A stretch of DNA of 63,907 nt, the filler included, from Octopus bimaculoides (Eukaryota): assembly GCF_001194135.2 (NCBI RefSeq). It is 10 parts of 9 records of this genome, joined end to end, with 100 filler letters (N's around TTAATTAATTAA, not from the genome) between each part and the next. Parts side by side here need not be neighbours in the genome. Positions count along the whole stretch, not along the records: positions 24,630 to 28,874 come from NC_068982.1; positions 28,975 to 31,756 come from NC_069008.1; positions 31,857 to 37,193 come from NC_068985.1; positions 37,294 to 46,605 come from NC_068991.1; 6 more parts are not named here. One strand, given 5' to 3'. Each line of letters starts with the position of its first letter. The first letter of the stretch is position 1. A program made the position numbers and the translations under genes. The notes below the pieces were generated by a model. That model worked only from the letters and a program-made list of their open reading frames with translations, searched no databases and had not been told where the DNA came from. Positions 24,630-38,244 of this stretch are shown here, piece after piece.

Positions 24630-25927
24630 TAAATGAGTATATGCATATATACGTACAGGTATGTGCGTACTGACATCCACCTGTATGTATAGGTGCATAT
24701 CTGGGTACAGGACATTGCAAACAAAACGTAGACGAGAAAACACACAAGCGACATAGAGAACATTCTACTTCTTCAGCTACCCCCGTTTTAACACCGGCGT
24801 TTCGAAGAGCGAGGCAGGACGCATCGTTAAAACGGCTCTTCTCATGGACCGCAAATTAAATTTGTATACACAAATTAAATCTTGCCATGGAGGAATGTAG
24901 TGGCGGACAAAAAACAAGACGGGAAAACAAACAGAAAAGGCTTTACGGCCAGACGAGAAAAAATATTTGTGTATGAACGCTGTGAGGCACGAACTTGAAA
25001 AGGAACGAAGTAGTTAATATATGTATGTATGTTTGTATGTATGTATGTATGTATGTATGTATGTATGAATATATATACATATATCGTTGAACGCACGAAA
25101 TAAGAAGATAGACAGCCGACGAAACTTGACCATTATATCATCTTATTCTTCCCTTCCTTTTTGAAGTTTACTACTGACGTTTAGTACTCCCCTCCTCTCT
25201 GTACCACATTCTTAGTGCTTTTCAAACATAGAACTCCACCTCCCACTTCTCACACAAATTCCTTTCTTACTTATATCTTCCTTCTATCCCTCCTCCTATT
25301 CTTTTTATCTACTGATAGCTCTCCTCTCCCCACCTCCTTACAATATCTTGACCACCATTTAGCACTCCATCATTTTTTCTTCCTCTTTCTTTGTTTCTTC
25401 TTTCCTCCCCTAATCCTTTTGACCAATACCATTTTCCTCCTTTTAACATACTTATCTATTCTCTTCTCTCTATCTACTTCCCCCTACCAGTATATTCTCA
25501 AAATTTCATTTACACTAAAAGACTCCTTTGAATATACAGAACATGGAATTAATATCTCCACAGTATCCATTTGTAATGACAAAATATGTACTCCTATCAG
25601 AATTTAGATAACATGGACAAGAAGCCTTTCTACACATTCTGCACAGTACTTTCCTTGGATATCGGAACTTCAACTGTAACATCCAACATATATTTTCATT
25701 TTTATTCTCATATTTCCCTTTATATTTCCTATATCTTTCCCTTTCCAAAATAACCTCTCATCCTGAACTCTACTATTTCCTTCTGTTTAAGTCTCTCATA
25801 TCGTCTCTGTTGATGGGATATCCTGTATATCCCTGAAACAACTTTGAGACTACCTTTCTCTTTATAAATGTCCTAGAAATTTCACGCTGCTCTGGCTTTC
25901 TTGTCTCATTTTATTTAACATATATTT

Positions 25928-25958
<31 letters not shown>

Positions 25959-26600
25959 AATACATACATATATATGCATAGAAACATATGTTGTATGCAT
26001 TCGTGTATATATATGGTATTATGGAATATATACATGTATGATTTGCTTCACTCTTTCTCTTCTCTTTCTCTTTCTCTTTCTCTTCTCTTTCTCTTTCTCT
26101 TTCTCTTCTCTTTTCCTCTCTCACTCTCGCTCTTTGTTATATAGAGAGACTATATATATATATAGGTGCGTGAGTACTAGAATTACTCGAGAGTAAATCG
26201 TATATCCAGATGTGGTTGATGTGAGTATGCGATTCTTGAATGTAAAATTCTTTTTTGGGTGTCTTGTGACCTTTGATTTCGTATAGAATTGTATACGTGA
26301 AAAAAACCCAGTTTGTTTTTCCTATTAACTCGACCTTTATGTCTTGGAGCAGTCATCCGTGAATTTCATAGTATCTTTAAATCAGCAGTTGTTTTGTCCC
26401 CCGGCTACCCGTCTGGAAATTTTCTAATTTCTTTATATTCTTATTTGATATTCTTAAAACTTCATCTGATATATTTCTTTTTATCTCGTCTTATTTTGTT
26501 TAAGTTAAAGATGTCGAATAACTTAATTTCTATTTAGCACTTATCTGATGTTTATCTTTTCTTGACCAAATCAATGTTCCGGTCTTTTCTACTTGCTATC
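24630..26600 (-). mobile_element. Degraded PLE on the minus strand, interrupted by microsatellites, with a putative terminal-repeat region at about 24630-25020
   Basis: 26170-26600 has R..KR.ISDE-like and RG.P-like remnants. ORF 25515-25748 CRMCRKASCPCYLN...F..TNG...IN..FC resembles the PLE zinc-finger linker before GIY-YIG. The start of the 24630 block is also found at about 14305-14380. Confidence 0.55.
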
Positions 26601-26629
26601 CTTTATATCTTCTTTGTTTCAATTGCTAG

Positions 26630-26815
26630 ACTGTGGCCATACTGGGGCATCGCATTGAAGAAATTTAGGCGAACAAATCGCCTCTAGTTTATACTTTTTA
26701 AAGCTTGGTATTTATTCTATGTTTTGTTTTTTGCCAAACCCGCAAGACTATGGGGATGTAAATACACCAACAACTGTTCTCAAGCGGCACTGGGGAACAA
26801 ACACAAATACACACA
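26630..26815 (-). mobile_element. SINE family 2 3' half
   Basis: TGTGGCCATACTGGGGCA...GAACAAATCG...TATTTATTCTAT...GGGGATGTAAATACACCAACA...CAAGCGG...GGGGAACAAACAC. Confidence 0.75.
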
Positions 26816-26820
26816 CACAT

Positions 26821-26890
<70 letters not shown>

Positions 26891-28974
26891 GCATACATAT
26901 ATATATATATTTGCATGTATGTANNNNNNNNNNNNNNNNNNNNNNNNNNNNNNNNNNNNNNNNNNNNNNNNNNNNNNNNNNNNNNNNNNNNNNNNNNNNN
27001 NNNNNNNNNNNNNNNNNNNNNNNNNNNNNNNNNNNNNNNNNNNNNNNNNNNNNNNNNNNNNNNNNNNNNNNNNNNNNNNNNNNNNNNNNNNNNNNNNNNN
27101 NTATATATATATATATTTATATACATGTATATATATATATAAACAATTATGGGGATAAGCAGATTAGACACAACAAATATATTAAATATATGAAATACAT
27201 CAAATACAAAACATGTATATAAGTATATAAGTCCTCAAGCTTATAACAATATAAAAGCTGATGACACTGAGATTGATGCTATGCGTTTAACAGCGAAAGA
27301 ATCACTAAATGTGACTCATTAATAATTATTAATGACCGAAAAATAATTTTGCCTGTTACGAAGTCACAACTTGATTCAAGACTGCCAAAATCAAAAGCAA
27401 GAACAGGGTCATTCAATTTGTTATTACGGAATTTTATTCATTTATATTAGGAAAATTATTTCAGTAGGCACACAGATCCTGCTAGAATATATAATACGAA
27501 AATAATAGTGACTTAGAAATCATATTCTATGCCAGAAAAACTCTGCACTTCGTCGAGACCTTACCGTGTGTTAAGAGATTAAATCCTAAGGGTTAAATTA
27601 ATCGGGATATCAAATCGTCAGCCACTGTGAGTATCTGATATTCGTACTTTTATTGTTCTTAGACGTTTTTAGATGAAGGTTCCTTTCTACTAACTTTGGA
27701 TTGCACAGGAGCGATGTTCATTGTAGTTCTAACAATGCAAATTATCTCGAGTTAGAAATATTATTATTATATAGATATTCAGACATTATGGATGGCACTT
27801 CATTTCTTAGTCAGACATATTCAAGATCTCATTAAATTTAACAGCTACTTACCACCTAGCTACAAATACAGAAAATCGTTCAATAGGATTTGTTAAGATG
27901 ACTTCAAGCTGCACTCCTGAAATGAAACATATATTGCATAACCCTGTACCTGCCCAGTGACGCTGAATGCCTTTGCAGAAATTCTACGACATGGTTCCCA
28001 GTAGGATTTTATAAAACCTAAGCCACCCTTCAGGAAGTAGAGGTTAAATCTGCATATGCTAATCCCAACACCAGCCTGAAATGCTACGTCTATTTGGCAG
28101 AAGAAACTTTCAAGTATATATTTTACAATAACGTCAATTTCTTCAAGAATATCGGGAAGTGGGACACAACAAACAAATAAACTACGCCTGACTAGTTGAC
28201 GGGAAACGAATAGCATATGACACCAGCTGGAAGAATGCTATCATAAGCAAATACTAGTAAGTGGCAATGCATATGTGTGTGTGGATATATATATATATAT
28301 ATACGAGGAGTGCTGAATACACATGTATGTGCGTATAAGAGTATTTACTGGTGTGTATATGAGGAAGGGTGTTGTGTACGCGAAAGATAGCCCAGAAAAG
28401 ACATGTAAGATGGCTCCACCGAAGCATTGTCCTCTTCATATGCTTGATTATTTATTTTATTTTGATTGAATTTTCAGTCCGCATGTTTTTTTTTCATACG
28501 CAGACGTAGCCTATACGTCTGATCTTCTATAAATACTGTTGTCTGTAGTCTGGCGCTAGGCATGAGAAGACTGGCTTCAGGAAAATCCAAATTCCAAAAG
28601 TTAAAAATACCATATGACTCCGTGCATTTTTAATTCCGATAAATAGCTACATGCATATACATATTGACACGGGCTGCCTTCGATTTTTCTTCTATCCAAC
28701 GTGCTTTATAACACCTTTGATAGACACGCTGTTATTTTTAGCTTTATTTGCATGGAGATTTACCGTTGCTAAAAAGAATTCTTTGGCATTTTCTAAGTCT
28801 CTAAATTCTCACTGTATCAATTATACACACACACACATACACGCACGCACGCACACACACACACACACACACACNNNNNNNNNNNNNNNNNNNNNNNNNN
28901 NNNNNNNNNNNNNNNNNNTTAATTAATTAANNNNNNNNNNNNNNNNNNNNNNNNNNNNNNNNNNNNNNNNNNNN

Positions 28975-29165
28975 AATTTTCAGCCATCCATTCCTGTGTT
29001 ACTAGAGCCATGTGTGATAGTGCAGAGTCTTACTGAAACACATGTGGCCTTCCATTGCATACACTGTCTATCCAGGGCTTAACAATTATTTCCAGGACCT
29101 CAATGTAGGTGGCAGAGTTAACTCTAAGGCCTTATGGAAAGAAGTAAGGAAGCATCCTCATCTCT
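28975..29165 (-). mobile_element. maT/DD37D-like (Tc1/mariner superfamily) transposase fragment
   Basis: Minus strand GLRVNSATYIEVLEIIVKPWIDSVCNGRPHVFQ*DSALSHMALVTQEWMAE (second catalytic D region, QQDSAPSH-like). Confidence 0.8.
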
Positions 29166-29495
29166 CCATTTTCTTATCTTATTAATAATACTTGAGTGTG
29201 TGTGTGTGTGTGTGTGTGGTTGCTCAGAAATATAAAATATACAATATTTCTATTACACCTGTAGTAGTGTGGTGATGGTAATGGTTGTGGTGTGGGTGGT
29301 AGTATTGGAGTTGTGCAAGTCACCATAGAGCGCAACAGGCCTGTTCAGTGTTGATTTATTGACCAGATAAGTGAAAGGACCAGCTTTTGTAGGTCATCGA
29401 GATAACAGCATGTGTGTGTGTATATATATAAATATATATATATATACACACATATACACTCACATATACATACATACATACATACATATATATAC

Positions 29496-29563
<68 letters not shown>

Positions 29564-29944
29564 TTTGATGCCATGCTTAGACAGACAGGCACACACATTC
29601 ATATGAAAGTTTGTTCAGTAAATCTTTGTACCCAAGCACAAAGAAGAAAACAAAGGCCTAGATACTCAGGTGAATTGTGTGAGCAAGTGAACTGTAGTGC
29701 AGCCCCATGGGGTTAATCCAAACTTTAGAAATATTCTTATTTGTATTTCGCTACATAACTCTATAGATCTCCTTGGTATTGTTCCCATCATCATCATTGG
29801 TTTAATATCCAGAATGGTAACTCTACTTATTTGGGAGAGAGTTAACCTAAATGAAATACAGTTTGGTTAACACAGCTGGGGCCATTTCCTAAGAACTGGC
29901 TCTATTGTCCAGCACCAGAATATACTTCAAACCCTATAATCATA

Positions 29945-30570
29945 CAGAGACAGACAGACAGACACACTAACGTACTGAGAGACTCACACACACACACTAA
30001 CAAATACAAGTACAGGTGGACAGATTAGATTGCGACTGATAGACTGATTTGATATGGGGACAGCTGGACACATAGATACATAGATACAGAGACGGATGGG
30101 CAGGTGAACAGAGAGATGGACACACAGATACAGGGACATGTGGACAGACAGGCTGATGGGCAGCTGGATGAACTGACAGGCAGAGAGACAGACTGGTAGA
30201 CAGATGGACACTGACAGACAGAGAGATAGAAAGATAGATACAGAGATTGACAGATTGATGGGCAAAGAGGTGGACAGATGGACAGATAGGCAAGCAGAGA
30301 GACAGACTGACAGGCAGCTAGATAAACTGACAGACAGACGGACAGACAGATAGATATAGAGACAGGCAGGTGGATATGGGGACAGGTGGACAGATAGGGA
30401 GACAGACAGTAAGGGAGATTGACAGACTGACATGTGGACAGACAGATTGACAACAGATGGATGGGTAGTCGGAGAGGGTGGGAATGTAGCAAAGAGAGGG
30501 AGAGAGAGAGAAGCAAACGAATGGACAGACTGACTGACTGGCAGACACACAGACAGACAGACAGCAAGCT
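29945..30570. repeat. Long degenerate (ACAG/GGAC/GAT)n purine-rich low-complexity tract
   Basis: Directly visible; it explains the S/V/C/L-rich ORFs at 29984-30636. Confidence 0.9.
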
Positions 30571-31230
30571 TTTTGTTCTCTGTTCCTTTCTTCTCAGTAT
30601 TTCCACACATTTTGGCTGCAGTTCAGCTGACTCCATCCTATTTCAGTGCAGGCCTCAGTGTATGCGTGTGTGCAATGAGAGTATAAGTAACAATAACAGC
30701 AGCAGTAAACAAACAATTAAGTCTCCAGAAAGTCCATTAATATTTCACATAATCTATAGCGGTCAATAAGTTAATCAATTCCAGGTAAGGTGTGGAGGTA
30801 GACAGGTGTGGTAAATATTTGTGTGCGTGTATATGTGTGTGTGTGTGCATGTCCATAAATTATCTTTACAACTTCCACAATTTATTTTATCAAGTTGTAA
30901 AGGTAAATTATGGACACCCTGTGTATGCATGTATGTATACACACACACATATATACATATTATATTTATATAATATATTTGGATATTTTATTAAGTCTTA
31001 TCTCAACTAGTTTCGTTCATTAATCTATGGCCATGATGGACCAACGCTTGCAAGGTCATTTAAAAAATTTATTTTTTGGGGGTCAATCACATTGAAGTAC
31101 ATTTTCTTCTGTTCATTCGTATTTTAATGATCTCTATTTGTCAAAATACTAAGTCACACGAGATCAGAAATAATACTGAGTTTTTAGAGAGGTGTTAACG
31201 TAAATTTAGGCTTATATACACATATTATTA

Positions 31231-31560
31231 TCTTAATATATAAATCTGAAATTGTGTGTTTGTGTGAAGCCTTTTTGAAAGTTTATAGAAATCCACATTT
31301 TCCACTTTTTCGTAAAAATTTTTACATCAATGGAATTTTCTCGATGTGAACTTTCCAGTGCAGTAATTAGATTTTTTAAATTCCGTTTACTTTGTGTGAT
31401 TTAAGGGAGATTNNNNNNNNNNTCGATGTGAACTTTCCAGTGCAGTAATTAGATTTTTTAAATTCCGTTTACTTTGTGTGATTTAAGGGAGATTTGGCTG
31501 TTGTTTCTAGCAACTTTTATATTTCATCCCTTCTATCTGGAATGCAATTCTTACACACGC
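31231..31560 (+). mobile_element. Probable Helitron 5' end
   Basis: A|TCTTAATATATAAATCTGAAATTGTGTGTTTGTGTG: TC start after A followed by an AT-rich/TG motif typical of Helitron 5' termini. No coding evidence. Confidence 0.5.
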
Positions 31561-31856
31561 GCTCAACATAAAAATATAGAGAGTTAAAGAGGGAGAGGGA
31601 GAGAGAGAGAAGGTGATACATACAACGTCATAGATTAAACTTTCATCTCAGTATTCTTTACCTATTTTTCATAACATAGATACGTAAAAACACACACAAC
31701 CACACATACATGACCTGTGACAACAACATACACATTGCTCTCAATCTCTATCCATTNNNNNNNNNNNNNNNNNNNNNNNNNNNNNNNNNNNNNNNNNNNN
31801 TTAATTAATTAANNNNNNNNNNNNNNNNNNNNNNNNNNNNNNNNNNNNNNNNNNNN

Positions 31857-31911
<55 letters not shown>

Positions 31912-33513
31912 GAGATGTATGAGTATGTATTGCTTGTTTCCTACCATCGCCATGACTACAATCAGTAGAAAGGAAAGAAAATTTAAATGGATATGTAACA
32001 CATATTCGGTCATCACACCAAGTTTTGGATGGATGCAGGTAAAAAAAAACGCTATTGGATTCCATTCGTTAACAAATGTAGCTGTTATCCGTTATTTGAA
32101 GATAGGTAGGAAAAGGTGTTTATGTATGGAATAATCAAGCGTATGATGCATGCCAGGGAAATGATTTACAACACATTTAAAACTTGCTTTTTTTTTTTTG
32201 CAAAATTCTTTAGAAATGAAGTTTCGAATAATAAACTAGATGTTAGTGAAATACAATTTGAGCCTATCTGTAAGCAATGTATATATTTTCACATGGTGTA
32301 TTACAGTGTTATGTTACGCGTTTTGTAACACATTTACATGAGGGTGAATGTAGTCTCAACGAAATACGCAGTCAATCACTTAGACAAACATCGGAATATA
32401 GCTTTAAAAGGAAGTCGCTCAGCTAGTAGCAACTCAAAGATAAAATGTGATATCAAATGTATGGAAGGATGCTGTTTCTCAAGATCCCAATACACTTTAG
32501 TAGGTCTTAATTTAATTTCTACTTCGGTTAATGATAGAATATGTATACTAGTAAAAGCTTCGTATATATATTCATGTTCATTCATGCAACGTAGCTTTGT
32601 CAATTAGAATTACAATGTACGTGTATTTAGTAAGCTTGCGCCTTTACTAGACTACTACAATCAATGAGAAGTTGTTACCATCGATACTCTTATAGACTAC
32701 TGAAGTAGTTGAATTATGTATTAGAAAACCGTTTGACATAACCGAAACTGTAATATTATATTGAATTCATAGCAAACTTTAATTGAATTACTGTGAATAA
32801 CATCTGGCTCTTATAGTTTGTTAGGAATGAAGGAAAATTATGATAATAAATTTTATCGCTGTTGTTACATCCTGTCCTTATATTGTATAATACCACAATA
32901 TATTATACTTTCTTTCAATGCCTCCTAAACATTTAATTATAAACTTTCATATTCACTCATACTTGAAATTTATATTTTAGTCAACACTAATTAACTTCCT
33001 TGTTAATTTCAGTTACTACAAATAAACATGTCATTCGCTCCTCTTCTCTATCACACTTTCTATCGGATATTCAAATAACTGTTTAACACCGAGAGAGTAG
33101 TTGCTAGATAACTGATGATTTCATAAAGAAATATTAATGATTACTAAAGATAAAGAGAAAATTACTCACTCAGTACATCGTTCTTCTATTTAGTAGGTTT
33201 GAAAACAAATAGCTAATTATGGTTTCGAGGCACTTAATTAACAGAAAGAACAAGCTTTTCTTATGGATAGGAGACTAATCTGGCTCAGCGGTTATCTCCA
33301 GGTGATAGTAGAGCTCCTTTAGTTTAAGTAGTTTGGTGCAACATAAATCAGAGGTTGTTTCCTCGACGACACAATGCCATTCCTAGTTCTCGGACCATAC
33401 ATGTCACGTTGCAATCGCGAGTCCAGTACTCGAATCCCTAAATTTGAATGTTGAAGAGTTTGGCTTTAAATGAAAATAAAATCAATCAGAAAAAAGCAAT
33501 GGTTTCGTATGTA

Positions 33514-34009
33514 CAGTAATCCCTCAACGATCGCGAGTGTTACGTTCCAAAACTTGCCGCATTATGTGAAAATCTGCGAAGTAAAAATTATTCTCTATTG
33601 TATATATCTTTTATATTTTCATAATTTGTATATATCTATTATATTATAAATGCAAAACAGCACCACACACGCGCCACCCGAGTTTCGTTTTCCATACAGT
33701 ATGAGTAATTCTTTGTTTATTCATCTACGGTACACTACGTATTTTCTTTTAATATACTTCAATTAATGTTTTATAGAGTGCAGTACTGTACTCTATTTTC
33801 ATTTATTAATTTATTAATTTTAGGCGTGGAAACGCTTATTTTACCACAGAAATAATTAAAATCGACAAAAAAAAAATAAATACTTATCGGCTGCAGAAAC
33901 CCGCGATATACTAAAAAGTCGGCGATATAGGTTTACATATGTTAGCCAGAAAAATTTGCGATGTACTGAGTGTGAGATTCCTGAACTGTGATATGGCAAG
34001 GGATTATTG
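33514..34009. mobile_element. pogo/Tigger-like non-autonomous DNA transposon
   Basis: Left TA|CAGTAATCCCTCAACGATCGCG; the right end GTGATATGGCAAGGGATTATTG is its imperfect inverse; subterminal repeated CGCGAT/GCGAT motifs. Confidence 0.75.
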
Positions 34010-34252
34010 TCTATATTTAGAAATCTTATAGACTAAATACCATATTGGAAATGACTATAACCGTGAGGCAACGGTGTCATATTAATTTATATCTTCAAGA
34101 AGATACTTAACATTCGAACTTTGTAAAAGTCTTTACGCTCACCAGCCATCATTGATGGCAAGCAATCTGGGAGTTCACGGTCACAGGCATTCATGCACAC
34201 AGCACATACACAGAAAAAATTAGGTATACAAACAGGTATAATATATATACTA

Positions 34253-34290
34253 GCTTAAAAGCCGACAGGGCGGCATTTAAGTTAGTGTAT
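34253..34290 (-). mobile_element. Possible second-family Helitron 3' end
   Basis: Reverse complement ...AAATGCCGCCCTGTCGGCTTTTAAGCTAG: GCCG/CGGC hairpin about 8 nt before a terminal CTAG. Confidence 0.45.
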
Positions 34291-34387
34291 ATGGAGGGCT
34301 CTTCATTGTTATGTATGAATGCATACATTTATATATGTATATATTATATATTATATCCGTATATGTGTATATATAGGTATCCATCTA

Positions 34388-34426
<39 letters not shown>

Positions 34427-34765
34427 CTTATATACATCAATATAAGCAACAGGATATCCAGAGGTGATGCAGTACGACCGTTTCTAGCTACTCCATTTAA
34501 TTGAACAATGCAATCATTATATCAATTTAAATGCAGGGCTATCCTATCTTGATTTTATTCACCTTATTATGAGTTGTACGTATAACAATCTACTGTGCGT
34601 TGTGAAAATTTTAGCAAATTTGACGAATTCTGTTCCAGACAGCATGCACTCCGTAGAGTATTTTATTGATACTGTTTAATACGTTATAATATTTGTACAT
34701 ACATGCACACACATTCCCATCTCAGTCTGGGTCTGTGTCTGTCTGTCTTTCACTCTCTCTCTCTA

Positions 34766-34818
<53 letters not shown>

Positions 34819-34894
34819 ATTTATGTATATGTATGTGTGTTGGTGTGTACACGCGTGCGCATTTGTGTCTGTGTTTCCTCCTTCCCAAACGCTG

Positions 34895-35048
34895 AGCAAC
34901 TGGTTTTGCTGTATTTTCGCTGTTGTGACATTGCGTTTCGGCAAAATTAATCGAGAAAACAGCTACTGTGATCGATTCATCCGACTAAAATTCCTCACGG
35001 CGGTGCCCCAGTATGGTCAGAGTCTTATGACTAAAACAAGTAAAAGAT
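34895..35048 (+). mobile_element. SINE family 2 3' half
   Basis: GTGTCTGTGTTTCCTCC...CAACTGGTTTTG...GTTTCGGCAAAA...GGTGCCCCAGTATGGTC...ATGACTAAAACAAGTAAAAGA. Confidence 0.7.
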
Positions 35049-36629
35049 AAAGACAATATGTGTGTGTGTGTGTGTGTGTGTGTGTTGTGTGTGTTTCTCT
35101 GTGTGTGNNNNNNNNNNTGTGTGTTGTGTGTGTTTCTCTGTGTGTGTGTGTGTGTGTGTGTGAATACGTACATAGCAAATATGAATCATTTCATCCAGTT
35201 AATTGCATTTCCTGTCATCTGAATTATTAAGACGCCAGACAGTTAGCTTCAGAGAAAATGAAATATAATTAGTTTCGTTCTCTCAGATACGTCTGTTTGT
35301 TATGATCTCGTATACCTTTACGGCAACAGAATTAGTTTTAAAGTAAATACGAGACATCGAGATCATATCAATCGTTCCAATGCCGAGGCAATGTTCGTTC
35401 ACATTGCAACTTTTCGTGAGATTTCAATGGATAAGTTATGCGCAATTAATTTCAGTTTAACTTCAGACGTTAAATACTGCAAATCCTGTCTTTAGATATA
35501 AATATTTCAGCGGAAAAATAAAACGCATGAAATATTGCTGTTCAGCTGCCGATTACGAGATCTATGAATAACGGCCATGCAACGATAGCCATGCGATTTT
35601 GTCTTCCTTTTTCATCTAAGGAAATGATTCTCTCTATTGATAGGATTATGGGCTGAGAATGTAAAGATTATGGTCAAATATGTAAAGCCTTTGTCACAGA
35701 CTAGTAAATAACAAACGAACAAAAGAAAAGTGACATTGTTCTTTTTTATGTTATGACATAACTTCCCCGTGTTAGGCAACATTGTTTTCATAAATGATTT
35801 GATCAGGAACCACTCCAGTGGAGCATAAACTACAGTCGTTACCTTAATAACGATACTGTTACTGATTCTGCTATTTTCATCATCAGGAATTTAATGAATA
35901 TGAAAGATTAAATTATTTGTAGTGAAGATATTTAATGCCAACATCACTCCTCATTCCCATTAATTCGATACCCCTTGGGCCATTAAATAAGTTTGTACAC
36001 AGGAGCATGCATGTATAAAATACAATCTTACTTTGTATCATATCTTGTCTTGAACAGTCTTGAAACCAGAACTATAAGACAGCATCATCTTAAACACATT
36101 GAATAAAAGACGGGTTGTAGAAGCTGACAAGTTATTAATCATAGTTGATTCAATAAGAGCTGTTCCGTATCTGATGTCATTGACCACTAAATTGTTTTTT
36201 TTTTCATTTTACTATACTCATAGTTAATAAATGTGATACAAATTGATTGCTAATAAATGAAATATGATCAAGAACATGAAAGGGGAGATGATTCGTTGAA
36301 CAAAGAGAATAGCATATATCTATTTTTGTACGAAATGTTGCTAGATCTTACTCTGAAGAAAAAGAACGGAATGGCTAGTCTGTCATTTGGACCATACACA
36401 CAGTACGTAATAACATTACGAAAGAGAAAGGGAGATAGAGAGAAATAGAGAGAGAAAGGAAGAAGAGAGAGGGGAGAGGCATAGAAAGAATTAAAATGAA
36501 GGTGCATCTCAAAGATTAATTGACTTGTACATATCTGCGTGCGTTAGACATTTAGAAACCAAAATACCTTCATGTCGTGTGTGTGCTGGTAACGCACGCA
36601 AACAGGAAATGTTATGCACGCGTATAAAC

Positions 36630-36679
<50 letters not shown>

Positions 36680-37127
36680 ATTTATATACACATATACACA
36701 TATATGCTGTATATGTAATATATGTACATATGTGTACATGTATATATATGTGTATATATAGTACCGTGGAAAAGTCTTTGGTTACTTAAATTATTGTAAA
36801 TTTCTACTAACTACCAATTTATAAGTGGATGTTTCGCATTGCATTTTTTAGAGATGAAGCCTTAGCCCTGTTGGAGACATTTCCATATCTGATCGTTATA
36901 TTTTGTAGTAGGGGTTCTGAGTGAGTGGGTAAGATGCGAGACGACCAACAAAAATAGGCGTGTAAAGGTTTTCGGCCTCCTCTCATAAACCAGTCAAGAT
37001 AAACTGTTTTAAATCAGAAAAATGTCTATAATGAAAATATATTACATAACGTCAATTTCAAGAATTTGCTATACATTGTTAATATTTCTTGTGATTAACC
37101 TTAGATTGAATAATTGTTTCAATGCGC

Positions 37128-37193
<66 letters not shown>

Positions 37194-37421
37194 NNNNNNN
37201 NNNNNNNNNNNNNNNNNNNNNNNNNNNNNNNNNNNNNTTAATTAATTAANNNNNNNNNNNNNNNNNNNNNNNNNNNNNNNNNNNNNNNNNNNNTATATAT
37301 ATATATATATTAGAAGAAATAAGGTATTCAGAAATCTGGATGATCTCTGAATACCTTATTTTTTCTAATATATAATATCTGTACATCACCTCCAAACCTA
37401 ATATGTGTGTGTGTGTGTATA

Positions 37422-37885
37422 CAAGGTGCAGTGAATAAATTGTCGTCTATATTACGCAAAAATGAAAATAACAGTGACATCTCATTTTAACGGGTATATT
37501 TACCAAAATTACACAAAAATATCTTGAAATACTAAAGAGTAAATTTATTCAATAAAATTGCCATTGGCTTCAACCATTACCTCCGGACAACTTCGGTATC
37601 TCCTGCAACTCTTCTGGACAGTCTCCTTGTTTAAGTTGGTAAATGCTGCCATAATCCTTGCCTTCAGTTCATTATTGGTGTGACAAGTAGTTTTGTTGGT
37701 CTCTCGCTCAGCTGTGCCCCACACATAATAATCAAAGGGGTTGCAGTCTGGGGAGTTAGGGAGGCAGATGTTAGGGTCGCAAAAATTTTCTTACAGCTAT
37801 GACTGGGTTTTCCCGCTGGTGTGGCATGGTGCAGAGTCCTGTTGCTAGATATAGGGTCTTCCAGCAGCCACCCTCTTGACTCAGG
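37422..37885 (-). mobile_element. maT/DD37D-like transposon 3' end with TIR
   Basis: Minus strand RVAAGRPYI*QQDSAPCHTSGKTQ...PNSPDCNPFDYYVWG...ELKARIMAAF...VEANGNFIE* (stop 37545-37547). Terminus TA|CAAGGTGCAGTGAATAAATTGTC. Confidence 0.9.
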
Positions 37886-38244
37886 GTAGCACTAGGGATA
37901 TAAAAGTAAAAATAAAAATACAATAGCTACATTGACCACACTTTTTGTATTTCTTTGCAGAATTATGGTCTCAAAAACTGCAGCTTGTTGCTCAAAACAT
38001 AAAATGGAGATTTATTTACATTTTTCCTTTTACACAGGTAAAGAATCGCTGAAGGTAAGTACTTTTTCAGCCAGTCGTGAGACAAGACAAAATTATTTTT
38101 TAGTATAATCTCCTTTTTCTGACAGTCCTGTCTTGTAATAATATATTTATTGACAATCTTGTCTTTATAGTAACAATATATTTGTTGATATATTCACGTG
38201 CATGCATATGCACATTCATATATACATGTATGCATATATATATG

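Noticed and set aside
24783-24841. HDV-like ribozyme reading of the pseudoknot
   Set aside because: The P1/P2 order fits, but there is no GG for P1.1 and no C-N-A J4/2 catalytic strand before P2'.
29984-30636. 200-aa Ser/Val/Cys/Leu-rich ORFs
   Set aside because: Translation of a degenerate (CTGT)n low-complexity tract; open in several frames for compositional reasons.
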